DNA from: Octopus bimaculoides
Taxonomy: Eukaryota
Direction of reading: 5' to 3'
Length of the DNA stretch: 64,000 bases
Assembly (NCBI RefSeq): GCF_001194135.2
Contig: NC_068982.1
Coordinates: 36,198,318-36,262,317 of the forward strand
Shown here: in pieces, positions 1-11,852 of the stretch
Layout: each line of letters begins with the position of its first letter
Position numbering within the stretch: position 1 is the stretch's first letter
Made by a program: the position numbers and the translations under genes
Notes under the pieces: generated by a model
Databases searched by the model: none
What the model was told of the DNA's origin: nothing
The model's input: only the letters and a program-made list of their open reading frames with translations

Positions 1-314
1 AGGGACCGGGGGACCCTGTCAAAGGCTTTCTCCATGTCAACGAAAGCCAGGTACAGAGGTTTATTCTTAGCTAGGTATTTCTCCTGCAACTGTCTCACTA
101 GAAATAAGGCATCAGTAGTGCTTTTACCTGGCACGAACCCAAACTGCATCTCATCTAAATTGATTCGCTCCCTAATTAGTTGGGCTATGACCCTCTCTGT
201 AACTTTCATAACCTGATCTAACAGCTTGATGCCTCTGTAATTATTTGTATCTAAAGCGTCCCCTTTACCTTTGTAGCAGTTGACTATGATGCTGCTACAC
301 CAGTCATTGGGTAA
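1..314 (-). mobile_element. RTE-clade LINE reverse transcriptase fragment
   Basis: Open minus frame LPNDWCSSIIVNCYKGKGDALDTNNYRGIKLLDQVMKV...QFGFVPGKSTTDALFLVRQLQEKYLAKNKPLYLAFVDMEKAFDRVPR, typical non-LTR RT motifs. It runs off the window edge. Confidence 0.9.
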
Positions 315-319
315 TAATA

Positions 320-530
320 ATCCTTTCTTCTATAGGCACAAGGTCTGAAGTTTTGAGGTGGGGCAAGTTGATTACATCGACCCCAGTGTGTAACTGGTAC
401 TTATTTCATCCTGAAAGGATGAAAGGTAAAGTTGACCTTGGCGGAATTTGTACTCAGATCATAAAGATGGATAAAATGCCACTAAGCATTTTGCCTGGCA
501 TGCTAAGGATTCTGCCAACTTGCGGCCTTG
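320..530 (-). mobile_element. tRNA-derived SINE, family A (OR2-like)
   Basis: The minus strand reads GGCCGCAAGTTGGCAGAATCCTTAGCATGCC...GTACAAATTCCGCCAAGGTCAACTTTACCTTTCATCC, with A/B-box-like head. The same family occurs at 604, 25670, 38285 and 60205. Confidence 0.8.
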
Positions 531-562
531 ATAATAATAATGATGATGATGATGGTGATGAA

Positions 563-606
<44 letters not shown>
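531..606. repeat. (AAT)n/(GAT)n microsatellite
   Basis: Seen directly. It explains the poly-N/D and poly-Y/H ORFs at 353-634 and 459-680. Confidence 0.95.
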
Positions 607-607
<1 letters not shown>

Positions 608-820
608 CCTTTCTACTATCGGCACAAGGTGTGAAATTTTTAGGGAGGAGTAGATCGATTATATTGACCTCAGTACTCAACTGGTATTTAATCTATCGAC
701 CTCAAAAGATGAAAGGCAAAGTTGACCTCGGCAGAATTTGAACTCAGAACATAGCGACAGATGAAATACCACTAAGCATTTCACCCAGCATGCTAACGAT
801 TTTGCCAGCTTGCTGTCTTA
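604..820 (-). mobile_element. tRNA-derived SINE, family A, second tandem copy
   Basis: Colinear with 320-530 over about 210 bp. Confidence 0.8.
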
Positions 821-2788
821 ATAATAATAATAATAAACAAAGACATTCACATATGTTTCAAAGATAACAGAGAGGCAAGAATGGCATCTATTTCTATGGC
901 AGTAGAATAGTATACTGAGGCTGGAGACATTTTACAAGCAGTCATTGCACCACTACTATAAAAAAGAGGACAGAAAACATGAAACTATTAATGCCAGACA
1001 TAAATCAATTAGAAATTGGTTTGTTTGGTTACTTTGTTAATATACTTATAAGGGAAAATATCCTTTTCTTTTACAAATAATATCCTTGAAAGGCACTTAT
1101 GTTTTTAATATATGACCATGGCAGTTGACCTTCCAATTGAAGGCAGGAAACTATGTTTCCATTGGTTTCTCAAATTGCTGATGCTGTCTGTTAGTCACAA
1201 GTCCTGACAGAAGTTTCATGAATACCTATGGAAACAGAAGTTTCATCAATGAATGACAATTGAATTTATCTTCTACATTTTCATCCAGCAGTTAATAGTT
1301 GGATGGATTGTCAGAATACTTAGAGTGCCAGACAAAATGCCTGTAGTATTTATAGTTCTTTAACACTTTAGCATTTAATCTGGCCAAAATATTCTACCTG
1401 TTTTATACTCAAACAGGCCAGATCTGGCCTCTCAAGTTTACCTTACAACGTCATTGTAAAAATAAACAATTACATCATTGAAATTTTGAAACTACAAGAT
1501 AATGCATGTCTAATTCAAAACAATGTGAATAAATAAGCATTACATTTGAGAGAGTAATCTTCATGCTAAAGGGTCGGTTGAGATCAAAATTTGTCTCCTT
1601 TCATCTCTTCAGAAATAATAAAATACTGTGGTCAATTTGATACTCCTATGAAGCAATCTGAACATGACTAGAATTATAATAGAAGACAAGTTGATATTGT
1701 AGCTAAGGCTTAATGAACAACCATTTTACCATCTTAAAATGGAGATTACAGATTTCAGTTGTAAATATTAAGACAGTATGCTTATAATGATAAGATAATC
1801 AAACCTACTATAAAGGACTGAATGATGAAATTTTACATCTATCCAATCTGCAGCAATTCTCAACTATAGATTTCCGTATCAATGTAACTAAATACATTGC
1901 AAGCATATTCTGGCTCGTACAACACAGAAATAATACAAGTAAGTTGAATCTGAAATTGACTGATTGGATCTATTGTATATTGAACTAGCTCTGTCTGAAC
2001 CCCTAACTTTTCAAAGCCTAAATAATATTTTGGAAACCATTAGAAGCAACATTCTGTGCCTGCCTCATAATAGATTGTATGTCACACCAGCATATGCAAA
2101 TAGTAAAACAAAAATTGTTAAACTGAAAATCTTTTTGGCTATACAAGAAACACAGCTTCTTTATAGCTAAAGTCCTTGAAAGTAAATGTTGAAGATGTTG
2201 TAACATATATACATTTGCAACATTTCAGAACACTAATATAACTTATCTATTTTTCACCTACTGAAGATCAATCAAGAAGTTAAAAGGATATACCATCAGT
2301 TTTAAATGTTTAACAGTATTATCTCTATATGTTGAGTTCAAACATAGATCAGGTCAACTTTACTCTTCATCTCTCCAATGTTGATAAAATAAGCACCAGT
2401 CAAATACTTGGGTTGATTAGACTGACTATGCTTCCCTACCAAACTTTATACCCAAACTATATAGGGTTGATGAATGCCTCTTGTAAGTATGGGAGAATCA
2501 AGGCTTACTGGATGCCAATGTTCTATGTTAACAAAGTTATATATGAACATACTATGTTCATATATAATATTTAGTTATATATGAAGAGACTAGACTGCAA
2601 AATAAATATAACATATTCTGATTTCTGTATAATACTTCATAATGGAAAGCTTTAATTTAGATCACTTTAAAACAGGAAGTTTGTCATAGAATCATGGGAG
2701 TTCTCAGGTGGGTTGGTATCAAAAGGGTTAATGCTTAATTGATTAAACAGTGGTGAAATTGCATCAAAAAAATAATTGCTGGTCTTAC

Positions 2789-3012
2789 CTCAGAGGAGTT
2801 GAGATGTACACTTGGTATATGCTCATAGGATAACTGATGTTGCTCAACAAGACGTGCCACTTGTTGGTCATCTGTTGAATGCTTTAAAGTATCAACGGCT
2901 TCCAGGTAATCCAGTAATTCCCGTAACTGTCCTGTTGCATTACCATCACTATCAAACTCAGCTTTGGCAACTTTTAAACCTTTGATTACATATTTCAAAA
3001 CAAGGGCCACAC
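2789..3012 (-). CDS. RO60: Ro60, second coding exon (224 nt)
   Basis: Acceptor ttttgtttatttcaag|GT GTG GCC completes the split Gly codon of the upstream exon. It translates (G)VALVLKYVIKGLKVAKAEF...LLDYLEAVDTLKHSTDDQQVARLVEQHQLSYEHIPSVHLNSSE, the direct continuation of Ro60 (human GLAIVTKYITKG...LLKYLEAVEKVK...HLLTNHLKSKE). Donor GAG|GTAAGA (phase 0). Confidence 0.93.
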
Positions 3013-3689
3013 CTTGAAATAAACAAAAGATTTTAAAAAAAATAGAAAATAAACGAATAAGGTTTTGGAGAGTAGTAAGTTATAAATTAACAAGAAAAAA
3101 AATCCTCAAAATGGCCGTTTTATCAGCAGGGAGACTGAGTGTTACTTACAAAGCCACCTTGAGGATTGGTCAAGGATTTTACAATGTACAGTCCAGTTCT
3201 TTAACACTACGGATTCTTGTACTATTATATTATTATTAAAACAATAACAGTCTTTAATAACAATAATAGACTGTTGACATTTATCTCAGGGTTATGTGGA
3301 ACTGCAGTGATATAAAACTAAAACTCACACAAGAATTTCTTTTCTTTTTTTTCTTCAAGAACTGAAATTGTGTCTAAGCATGGTTTTATCATAAATTATA
3401 CCTCTTTACTGTTTAGATATATTGTTTCTTTGCCTGGCAGTTAATAAGCAAAGTTGTTAGTGCATAGAACAGAATGTAATGCAATATGTTCTGGCTCTCT
3501 GCATTCTGAGTTCAAATCCTGTCAGGGTCCACTTTACCGGTCATCTTTTGGTGAGAGTCAATAAAGTACTCTACTAGTGCTAGTGCAATCCTTCCTTTCA
3601 TTGACTGTCACATTCTTGATGTTCTGAAGGGCAGAAAGTGAAAGGATGGAGAGGATATCTGTGTCTACATATGACTACAGGTCAGGTAT

Positions 3690-4080
3690 GGAGGGGGCAT
3701 ATGCAAGTTGTATCCACCATTTGTTGGTATTTGCTTGGGTCATCCTGGACAACTCACTGAGTAGTGTCTCAGTCAGTCCTCCCTTCAGTGAGATACTTCC
3801 TCATCCACTGTGATCATGTAGCATCTGGCTGACTAACACAAGCTTCTGCTTCAACTGGATCCTCAGTGAAGAGAACACAATATGCAGCATTCAACTCAGA
3901 AAATTGAGCAACATGACCAAACTATCTGAGCTGATGCTCCCAAATCATACAATTAGCAGGATGCATCCCAGTTTCTGAGTATAGTTGTTGGATGAATATG
4001 AAATCCAACCAAGGTAACCCATGAAAGTACCAAAGGAGTTCAGGCAGCTCCTAAGGGCACTTGTGATTACATGGGACCTT
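3690..4080 (-). mobile_element. Old RTE-like LINE ORF2 3' fragment
   Basis: The minus strand gives QQLYSETGMHPANCMIWEHQLR*FGHVAQFSELNAAYCVLFTEDP, resembling the RLRxFGHV C-terminal motif of RTE ORF2. It has stops and frameshifts. Confidence 0.5.
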
Positions 4081-4300
4081 AAAACAATAAGTTTAATGCA
4101 CGATATATGTTATCAAGTTGTATATGAAAAGCTTGTGAATAACTAAGAGCTGGATTATTTGTTTTACAGCTGAATGCCCTTTTTAACAATAAACACTCAG
4201 CTGTGAAGTAAGAGTGGCCCTATGCTTTAAAACAAACAAACTGAAGCCAACAGTGCTCTAGAAAGATTTGAACTAGAAGTAGTTGATAGCTTCCATTACC

Positions 4301-4493
4301 GGTGGCACGTAAAAGCACTCACTACACTCTCAGAGTGGTTGGCGTAAGGAAGGGCATCCAGCTGTAGAAACTCTGCCAGATCAGATTGGAGCCTAGTGCA
4401 GCCATCTGGCTCGCCAGTAATCAGTCAAACCGTCCAACCCATGCCAGCATGGAAAGCGGACGTTAAACGATGGTGATGATGATGATGATGATG
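4301..4493 (+). mobile_element. RTE LINE 3' tail (young, 5'-truncated)
   Basis: GGAAGGGCATCCAGCTGTAGAAAC...CCCATGCCAGCATGGAAAGCGGACGTTAAACG followed by (GAT)n. The same tail follows the ORF2 end at 42871-43634. Confidence 0.8.
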
Positions 4494-5108
4494 ACTATCT
4501 TGTTAGTGATTCAATCTCATGGTCTTCGTTAATTATTATGCTTATTTTATATGCCTGTTAATTATTCATAATGCAATGGCTAGTTATAATAGAATCTATA
4601 AGAGAATAAATATAATGAAGACTAGTTCTTTCTTATAAGCACAGACAATACCAGTATAATTTTTTTTGCATTGTTTTCACTTTATTGCCTCTTCTAGGTT
4701 AATTACAGTGTTTCCATTTTTTTTTCAGGAACTGCTAACCATATTTTTGGAAGAGAAGTAGATACTCTTCATGTTACCAAACCCCTGAGAGGAGAAAATC
4801 AGTTACTTTTATTAAATAATTGTTACTGAAAGACTGATGTGGCAGAATTCAAACTGAAGACCATGAGCCACTAAACTGCTATGTGAAGAATTCAGTCTGT
4901 TCGACACTCTATATCTAAGATACTCCTCCAATTTTAGTTGATATAGTATCTATTTTATTATTACTAGATAGTAGGTGGAGGATTGGCAGAACTGGTAGAA
5001 TGATGGACAAAGTCTTATAATATTTAGTTACTTCCTTTATGTTCTGAGTTTAATTGTATCTTTCATCTTTCACCAGTTGATGAAAATAAGTATTAGCCAA
5101 GCAGTAAA

Positions 5109-5391
5109 GGCACATGATCTAGTGGGTAGGGTGTTGTACTCATGATCGTAAGAGCATAGTTTCGAATCCTGGACCAAGTGGTATGTTGTTGTATTCTTGG
5201 GCAAAACACTTCATTTCACATTGCTCCAGTCCACTCAGCTGGAAATGAGTTCCCACAATAACTGGGAAGTTAATCCTGCAGCAGACTGGGATTCTGTTCA
5301 GTGGGTGGGTGTTGTAATCTCTGTCACCTATACATCATGAAAACTGGGGTAAGCTCTGTCCTTCTGAGAGTCCTAGGGCTCAAAACAGACC
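5109..5391 (+). mobile_element. tRNA-derived SINE, family C (CORE-like CTTGGGCAA motif)
   Basis: Head GGCACATGATCTAGTGGGTAGGGTGTTG...GTTTCGAATCC, then TTCTTGGGCAAAACACTTCATTTCAC. Other copies lie at 37400, 59100 and 28790 (decayed). Confidence 0.7.
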
Positions 5392-5734
5392 TAAGCAGTA
5401 GGCTTAATCAAATTGGCTATACTCCTCTGCAAAAATCCAAGGCCTCATGCTAATGTTAGAAATCATTACTTTTAAATAGAGAAATTTTTTGTTGACTAAG
5501 CTGTTATTTTGAACTTCAGAATTAAATTTTCAAGTAGAAATGCATAAATATTAATTAACAGTTAGCACACAGAAAATATTTAAATATTTTTTGGATAAAA
5601 ATATCTAAGGAAGAGCAAATTTAATTAAATAGTGAATGTTAAAGTGAGTAACCTAAATATGTTTATAGAAGCTTCCCAAAGTGTGTTGTAATTAAAAATC
5701 TCATACTGTTGTTAACCTAAAGTTGTCTCTGACT

Positions 5735-5900
5735 GAATTGACCTTTCATCAAGGCATTTCAACAGTGACCATTTCCTCTTTTGTTATCGAATGTGTCCTT
5801 TTTTTAAGACAATAAACCATGACATGATGGTGACTTGGCTGCTGTTTCTAGCCAGTTGAGCACCCAAATAAAGGATCCATCATTGTTTTAGGTACATGTG
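5735..5900. repeat. Unclassified interspersed repeat family
   Basis: Related segments occur at about 12575-12790, 20040-20215, 25140-25445, 36070-36150 and 48990-49090, in both orientations (shared GCTAGAAATAG.AGCCAAATC / GGACACATTGGATAATGTAG blocks). Confidence 0.55.
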
Positions 5901-8618
5901 GACCATGTCTTCCTCATTAATAGACTTGGATTCTATATCAATTTTTGCATATATTTTCTATTTCATATTTGAAAAAAAAACAAAAACAAAACAAAATTCT
6001 ACATTTTTATTCCATTTTCTTCACTCCCAGATTAGTAGAACCTTCTGGTTCTGTGCCAAGGGAGTCTCTTTTATCAATTTTATACAATCCTTCTATCTTC
6101 CACTCCTCAACCAAGCTGGCTTTGTAAGCAACACTCAGCATCCCTGCTGATAAAACCACCATATTTTTTTCCATCTCTGTGTTGCACATACACAACAAAC
6201 TTCTGTCCAAACCTTCCTTCATTCTGCCCATCTTGCCACCCAATGCACATAGTAACCAAGTGTGAAAACTCCATGATAGTTATAACCCAACAAGAAGAAT
6301 GGCCACAACAGTAACTTTCCTTACATGTAGTTATTTGGTATGACATCTACAAAATCTTCTACCATGAATGCTATGTGTAAATTGCCCTAACATGGATTTT
6401 ATCTGTCTCTCATCGCCTAGATTGAATTGGAAGTTTTTTGTACTGTTTCCCATCAACTCTGGTATACTCCAATATTAAGCTCTGTCTCCACATTCTACAT
6501 TCTGTTAAGGACAGTTACCTGTCATCCACAGGCAACTCAGGCATATTATACCTGATCTACACTAACCATGATTATAGAATTGAAAACAACTTTCAATAGG
6601 GACAAGATAATCTACACTCCTTCAACAACACAAAGCAATGACAGAATCACTCAACGTATATCAAGGAAACAGTCTTGTACTGCTCATAAACTCACACATG
6701 AACAATACACAATTAAAACAAATCACCATTGAAGTTTCATGCTCTAAGATAAGCTCTTATGGTGACTTCACACATATAACAAGCACCATCTCAAAAACTG
6801 CTTCTCATTCTGGACTTGAAAATTCTTCAGTCTTGATGAATCAGTGATTTTTTACTGCTCACATACTTATTACATAGTTGATAAACATACAAACAAACTA
6901 AACTGCATACAAAAGAAAGCTATCTCACTGATTAACAAAGATTCACTCCACAACATACCACAACTACTGGCTAACAGATGCACTGTTCTATTGTTATTTG
7001 AATAGCCTTTGTTCTAATCTCCCTCTACCCAAGCCTACCAACCAACTGGTTCTTGGATTCCTCACTAAATATTTCCCCACCATAACTGCTAACCCATGGG
7101 ATTCCTGTTTTTCCTTTAGTTGTTAACTTAAAGATGTTTAAACTAAACATCAGCATCAACTGCATGAAATCTCACCAATCTTGGAAAGGCTTGACTTAGA
7201 CAATGCCTTTTCTCCACTGTCAACATATAATAGCTCATCTATCATCAATAATTTCTCTCAATTTCTACCAATTCACAAATAGAATAAGTAGTAAGTTATT
7301 CTCTCTATTTTCAAACTGTGTTGCTATCAGTTGGTGGAGGAACTTCCCCCCATCAACTGATGGCAACACAGAAAATAACAGAGAGTAACTTATTGGTTAT
7401 TCTATTTGTAAATTGAAAGCTAGTTTGAGAGATTGTGTTGAGATAAAAACATACCAATATACAATCAAAGAATTTTTCTTTAAAAAAACAGATTATGTAC
7501 TCAATATCTTCTGATAATGAATGCACGTATATCTTTTGTTACTACAGAATCTGTGGAAATTGCAATGCCTTTGTAGTCAGTGACATGTTCAGCTTTGCTC
7601 CTTCTGGTATGAGGTTTTAAACATCTATAGTTTACTCATTGATTCAGTAACAAAAGTCAAGCACTCTTTCTGATATAAATGTCAAGATTTCAAGTATCTT
7701 ATTGGAGAAAAGAAGTGCTGGAAACAGATCTCACTTTTATCAAAATGTCATAATGAACACAGTACTTAAAAATATATTATTGGACTTTTCAGCATTGAGA
7801 ATAAAGTTCTGTTTCAAAAAATAAGTTTTCTCTTTTTGCAAACCATACAAATACAATATTTATAAAACAAAACAAAAAATAAATAAAATAGACTGTTTTT
7901 TTGCTAGTTATTATAAGAATATAAATTACATTACTGATTTTCTGTCACTGATGATCTGAAACCTCCTAAACATTGCATATGTGAGGACACTTAAATTTCC
8001 CATGACTATTGCTAAAAACTGTTTCATTACCAAGCTTTCATGACACATTTGTTTATTTATTAGTAAAGTATTATGAAGGTGAAAACATTCTCCCTACACT
8101 TAACTATATTATTATGAAGGTATAAATGTCATAAATGTTTAAAACTAAATCTAACATTACTCTCTCTTTCTTTCTGTGAAGAGCAAGTTAAGAGATAACT
8201 TACCTTCACTGTGAAGAATACAATGAACCAGCAGGAAAGAAGAAAAAGTAAATATATGCCCTTCACAGTTATGTTCCAAGAGAGGGTCCTGTGAGAGCCC
8301 AGTGGTTATATAGATAAGCTGGTTCCAGCATCAAACACCTCAACAATAACAACAAACTCAAAATACTATGATAATGATATTAACAACAACAATACCTGTA
8401 GCAGGAATAGCAGTTACAGTAAGTAGTAGCATTTCTGTCATAAATCAAGGTCAGAGAGGCTTGTGGTCAACTAATTGTCAAGTTTATGGCATCAGCTTCA
8501 AACTGTTTGCTCACTGTTGATAAAGAATTTCTGTACACAGTGCAGGGTGAGGTGTACTACACCCCTACCTCCACCCCATCATTTAATATCCGTTATACCA
8601 GTAGTTCCCAAACTTTTT

Positions 8619-8845
8619 CAGGTTGCTGTCCCCTTGGCACCCAGGCCACATTCCTAGCACCCCCCTCACCACCACAAACACAGACCACTTTCTGCAACAG
8701 AATCAAAACAACTGTATTTCACAAATAAACTTAACCTAATTAACCCATTATTTTGGTCTTTTTTTTACATCCATTGACCCCTTTTGGCCACTCCATTATC
8801 ACCCCCCCCCCCAGGAGGTTGTACCACTCACTTTGGGAACCACTG
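8619..8845. mobile_element. hAT (Charlie-type) MITE
   Basis: TIRs CAGTAGTTCCCAAA / TTTGGGAACCACTG. The 8-bp TSD is CGTTATAC (8611-8618) versus CCTTATAC (9417-9424, displaced by the nested element). Confidence 0.85.
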
Positions 8846-8847
8846 CC

Positions 8848-9410
8848 GGATCTTTTTTAAAACGGGGGCCACATTTTTCATTAACGAAACACTTTGAAAC
8901 TTGGAACACTGGTAGAATGTGTCATATAAAACATCTTTTTCTCTTAGTCTTCTTAAAAAAAAAAAGAAATCCATAAGTTATTCCATGTGAAAGTTGTCGT
9001 ATTTCTGTAATTTCAACCAATCACTGACGTCCATTCAGCCGATATACATTAAGTGCCGACTACATAAACAAACGATTCTGAAACAATTAACCCTAACCCT
9101 AACCCTAGGGTTAGGGTTAAAGCAAATTTAAAATGAAAAAAGCAAATAAAACGATGGTATGGAGATTAAATACGCTTTACATCGCTTAATCAGCCAAAGG
9201 AGTAAATATAAACAACTGAATACTTGTCAGTGATTGGTTGAAATTATCGAAATAAGACAATTTTTTACATGAAATAAATTCGAATACAAAAATATTTTTC
9301 TGTTCTATAACACAAAGTAGATAAATATACGAAGTTTGAAAGTCTTTCCGTACCAAAAACACTACGTAAAACATTGATGAAAAATGTGGCCCCCGTTTTA
9401 AAATAGATCC
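8848..9410. mobile_element. Non-autonomous DNA transposon with 37-bp GGATC TIRs and an 8-bp TSD (Merlin-like, tentative)
   Basis: Left GGATCTTTTTTAAAACGGGGGCCACATTTTTCATTAA matches the reverse complement of the right end at 35/37. Perfect TSD CCACTGCC at 8840-8847 and 9411-9418. Inner inverted repeat ATTTCAACCAATCACTGAC. The superfamily is inferred only from the GG termini and 8-bp TSD. Confidence 0.8.
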
Positions 9411-9514
9411 CCACTGCCTTATACGATATCCACACATTCATAGATACCCATGTATATACATATATGTTCATGGAAGCCTCTTGGCATGCATATTGGTATA
9501 TATACCAATATTGG

Positions 9515-9805
9515 TATAATATGCTATACTGTATGTGAGAAAAACTGACAAGACAAGTGAGACCATAACCCGTGGCCTTTACCAGGGGAGTAGCCAGCCC
9601 ACTTATGCGTACCTTTCCTTCTTTGGACACAAAACTCTGCTTGTGAAGACCTGTTGAGGCAAGTGAAATCGAATTCGAAATCGAACCAAATTTGACGACT
9701 GGCACCCATGCCAACCTTCCTTCATTGGACACTAAACCCTGCTTACGAAGACCTGTAGGGGCAAGTGAAATCGAAATTGAACCAAATTCGATGACTGGCA
9801 CCTGG
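9515..9805 (+). mobile_element. RTE LINE ORF2 end plus variant 3' UTR with an ~100-bp tandem duplication
   Basis: Begins with a decayed version of the ORF2 end (compare 43085-43120). CCTTCCTTC.TTGGACAC...GAAGACCTGT...GGCAAGTGAAATCGAA...GACTGGCACC occurs twice (about 9612-9714 and 9715-9803). Confidence 0.6.
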
Positions 9806-10817
9806 AAGGCTGCACCAAGTTCCATTGTCTGGCTTGGTATGATTTCTACAGTTGGATGCCCTTCATAACAATCAATCTTCTCACATCAAAACACACTCAA
9901 GCATGTGAACATAACTGCCTAAATATATATTCAAAATGTAGTTCAATAAGTATATAAATGATTTCAGATGCTTTAGAATAAATTAACCTTGAAGGAAACA
10001 TTTTTATTTATTTTTGGCTAAGTGCAGCAAACCATAAATACAATAAGTACTCCAACTGTTGTAAAAGTCAACAAAGTAAGGATTTTACCATCTTGGAAAT
10101 TTGAAGTCAGACAAAAGTGAACTGATATTTAATGAATAGCCACTGCTAACATCCGACTTGACAGTCTGCCAGTCAGATCTATTTCCTACTACAAGTGTTA
10201 GAAACAGCAGGTAGATTATTATAAAAGTAGTTCTAGTCATCAAATTTTGTATATTAAAAGCATTTTTCAGTAAAAGCAAATAATTATTTCCCTGATATAT
10301 AAAATTATTTGTTTAAAAATATGGAACAAAAATAAATAAAGCATCTTTTCATAAAACAACCCTTAAATGGAATTATAACTGATATCAAAAGAAAGCTTTT
10401 GCCTTTTGCACTTCATTTCTCTCTTTTTCTTTTCTCTCTCTCATATATATATATATACATATAGTCTGCCCACCTAGCCAACAGAGTGATATCATTTGAA
10501 AGCTAAAATAAAATAATATGAGGAATTGCATTGTTGTCAGTGGTGTATAACATCCGATAGTATGGTTGATAAAGTGATTTAATGTGAGCTACTATAAGTT
10601 TCATGCACCAGGTAACACAGTAGTCAGAAAAGCTTGTATAGTGTGCCATGTATTATTGGGCAACCGTTCCTTGCATTTAAATCCTGTTTATATTATATGA
10701 TAATTATTTCTCACTGGATGGAGTACTTTTTTTGTTGATTCTACAAATGACATAACAATACACCATATTACAGGTTTATAAGTCAATACTGTGTCTTACC
10801 ATGGTTGCAAAACAAAA

Positions 10818-10854
<37 letters not shown>

Positions 10855-11707
10855 ACACATCTATTGTTATATGAAAAGGTGATAGTTCTGGGTGCCTTGT
10901 CGCTCACTACTATTCCAAATGTAATAATTTTGAACAGTACAATTACTTACAGCGTATATATGCAACAGATAATAAACTTGATAGTTAGCTTGAAATAGTT
11001 CAAAAATAAAGTTAAAATTCAAAAGAAAGAAAGGTGTTACTGAAATTCTGATGCTCAGAAAATTCTACACACACGAAAAAAGAAAAGAATTACAAAAATC
11101 AATTAACCCCTTCTATAGGAAATACCTATTTTCCTTGTGCAATAGATTAAAAGTATTCTATTCATATGTCTACATGTTGTGTTCTGTTCTTTTCTACATC
11201 TAGTTCTCTTGTAGATTTTTGATTTAAAATACAAACACTTCTTCACAAGTGTTGTTCCTTTAGAAAGCTACAGAAAATAACTATGAGTGGTGAAATTGGT
11301 CAGGAACCACTCATGTGGAATAAATATGTGCTAGATTTTTCTTGAAAAACACCAGGTCTGGTGCAAGCAGAAGCTAGATAAAGTTTTTGTAATGACTCAA
11401 GTTAAATGTTAGATGTAAGTGGTATCGTCACCTCATAAAGACAATATCTATAAATTGTACAAGGCTTTGGGTAGGAGCCAGGTAGACTATGCACACACCT
11501 TGTACATAGGATAGGTGTAAAGTGTATAGTGAATTAACAAAATACAAAACTTGTATAATGACTAAGAGTTATCAAGAAGTATAAAATGCATTCCATTGGT
11601 TCTGAAATGAAAGAGTAGAATTGTTATGATAGATATCTACAGAACAGCCTTTTTTACATTCAAAGAGAATTGAAATATATAAAAGAAAAAAATAGGATAG
11701 AACTTTA

Positions 11708-11852
11708 ATGGAGAGAGAGAGAGAGAGAGAGATGGAGAGAGAGAGAGAGATGGAGAGAGAGAGAGAGATGGAGAGAGAGAGAGAGAGATGGAGAGAGAGA
11801 GAGAGATGGAGAGAGAGAGGGGGGAGGGGAGAGAGAGAGTGAGAGAGAGAGG
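11708..11852. repeat. Compound ATG(GA)n minisatellite
   Basis: Six units of ATG followed by GA runs of variable length. Confidence 0.9.

Noticed and set aside
851-955. Exon-like segment downstream of RO60 exon 2789
   Set aside because: In the required phase 0 it hits a stop with either acceptor, and it does not resemble the expected VWKALL exon. I found no further Ro60 exon in 1-2788.
6000-7450. AC-rich stretch with a YGDFTH motif, possibly an old LINE endonuclease
   Set aside because: Only one weak motif, and I could not build a consistent frame. It needs an HMM search.
9087-9120. Ancient telomere-fusion scar
   Set aside because: The polarity is the reverse of a fusion, and the motif lies inside a TIR/TSD-bounded element.
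9265-9825. 186-aa ORF with an internal repeat
   Set aside because: It is the antisense reading of the duplicated RTE 3' UTR running into the MITE.
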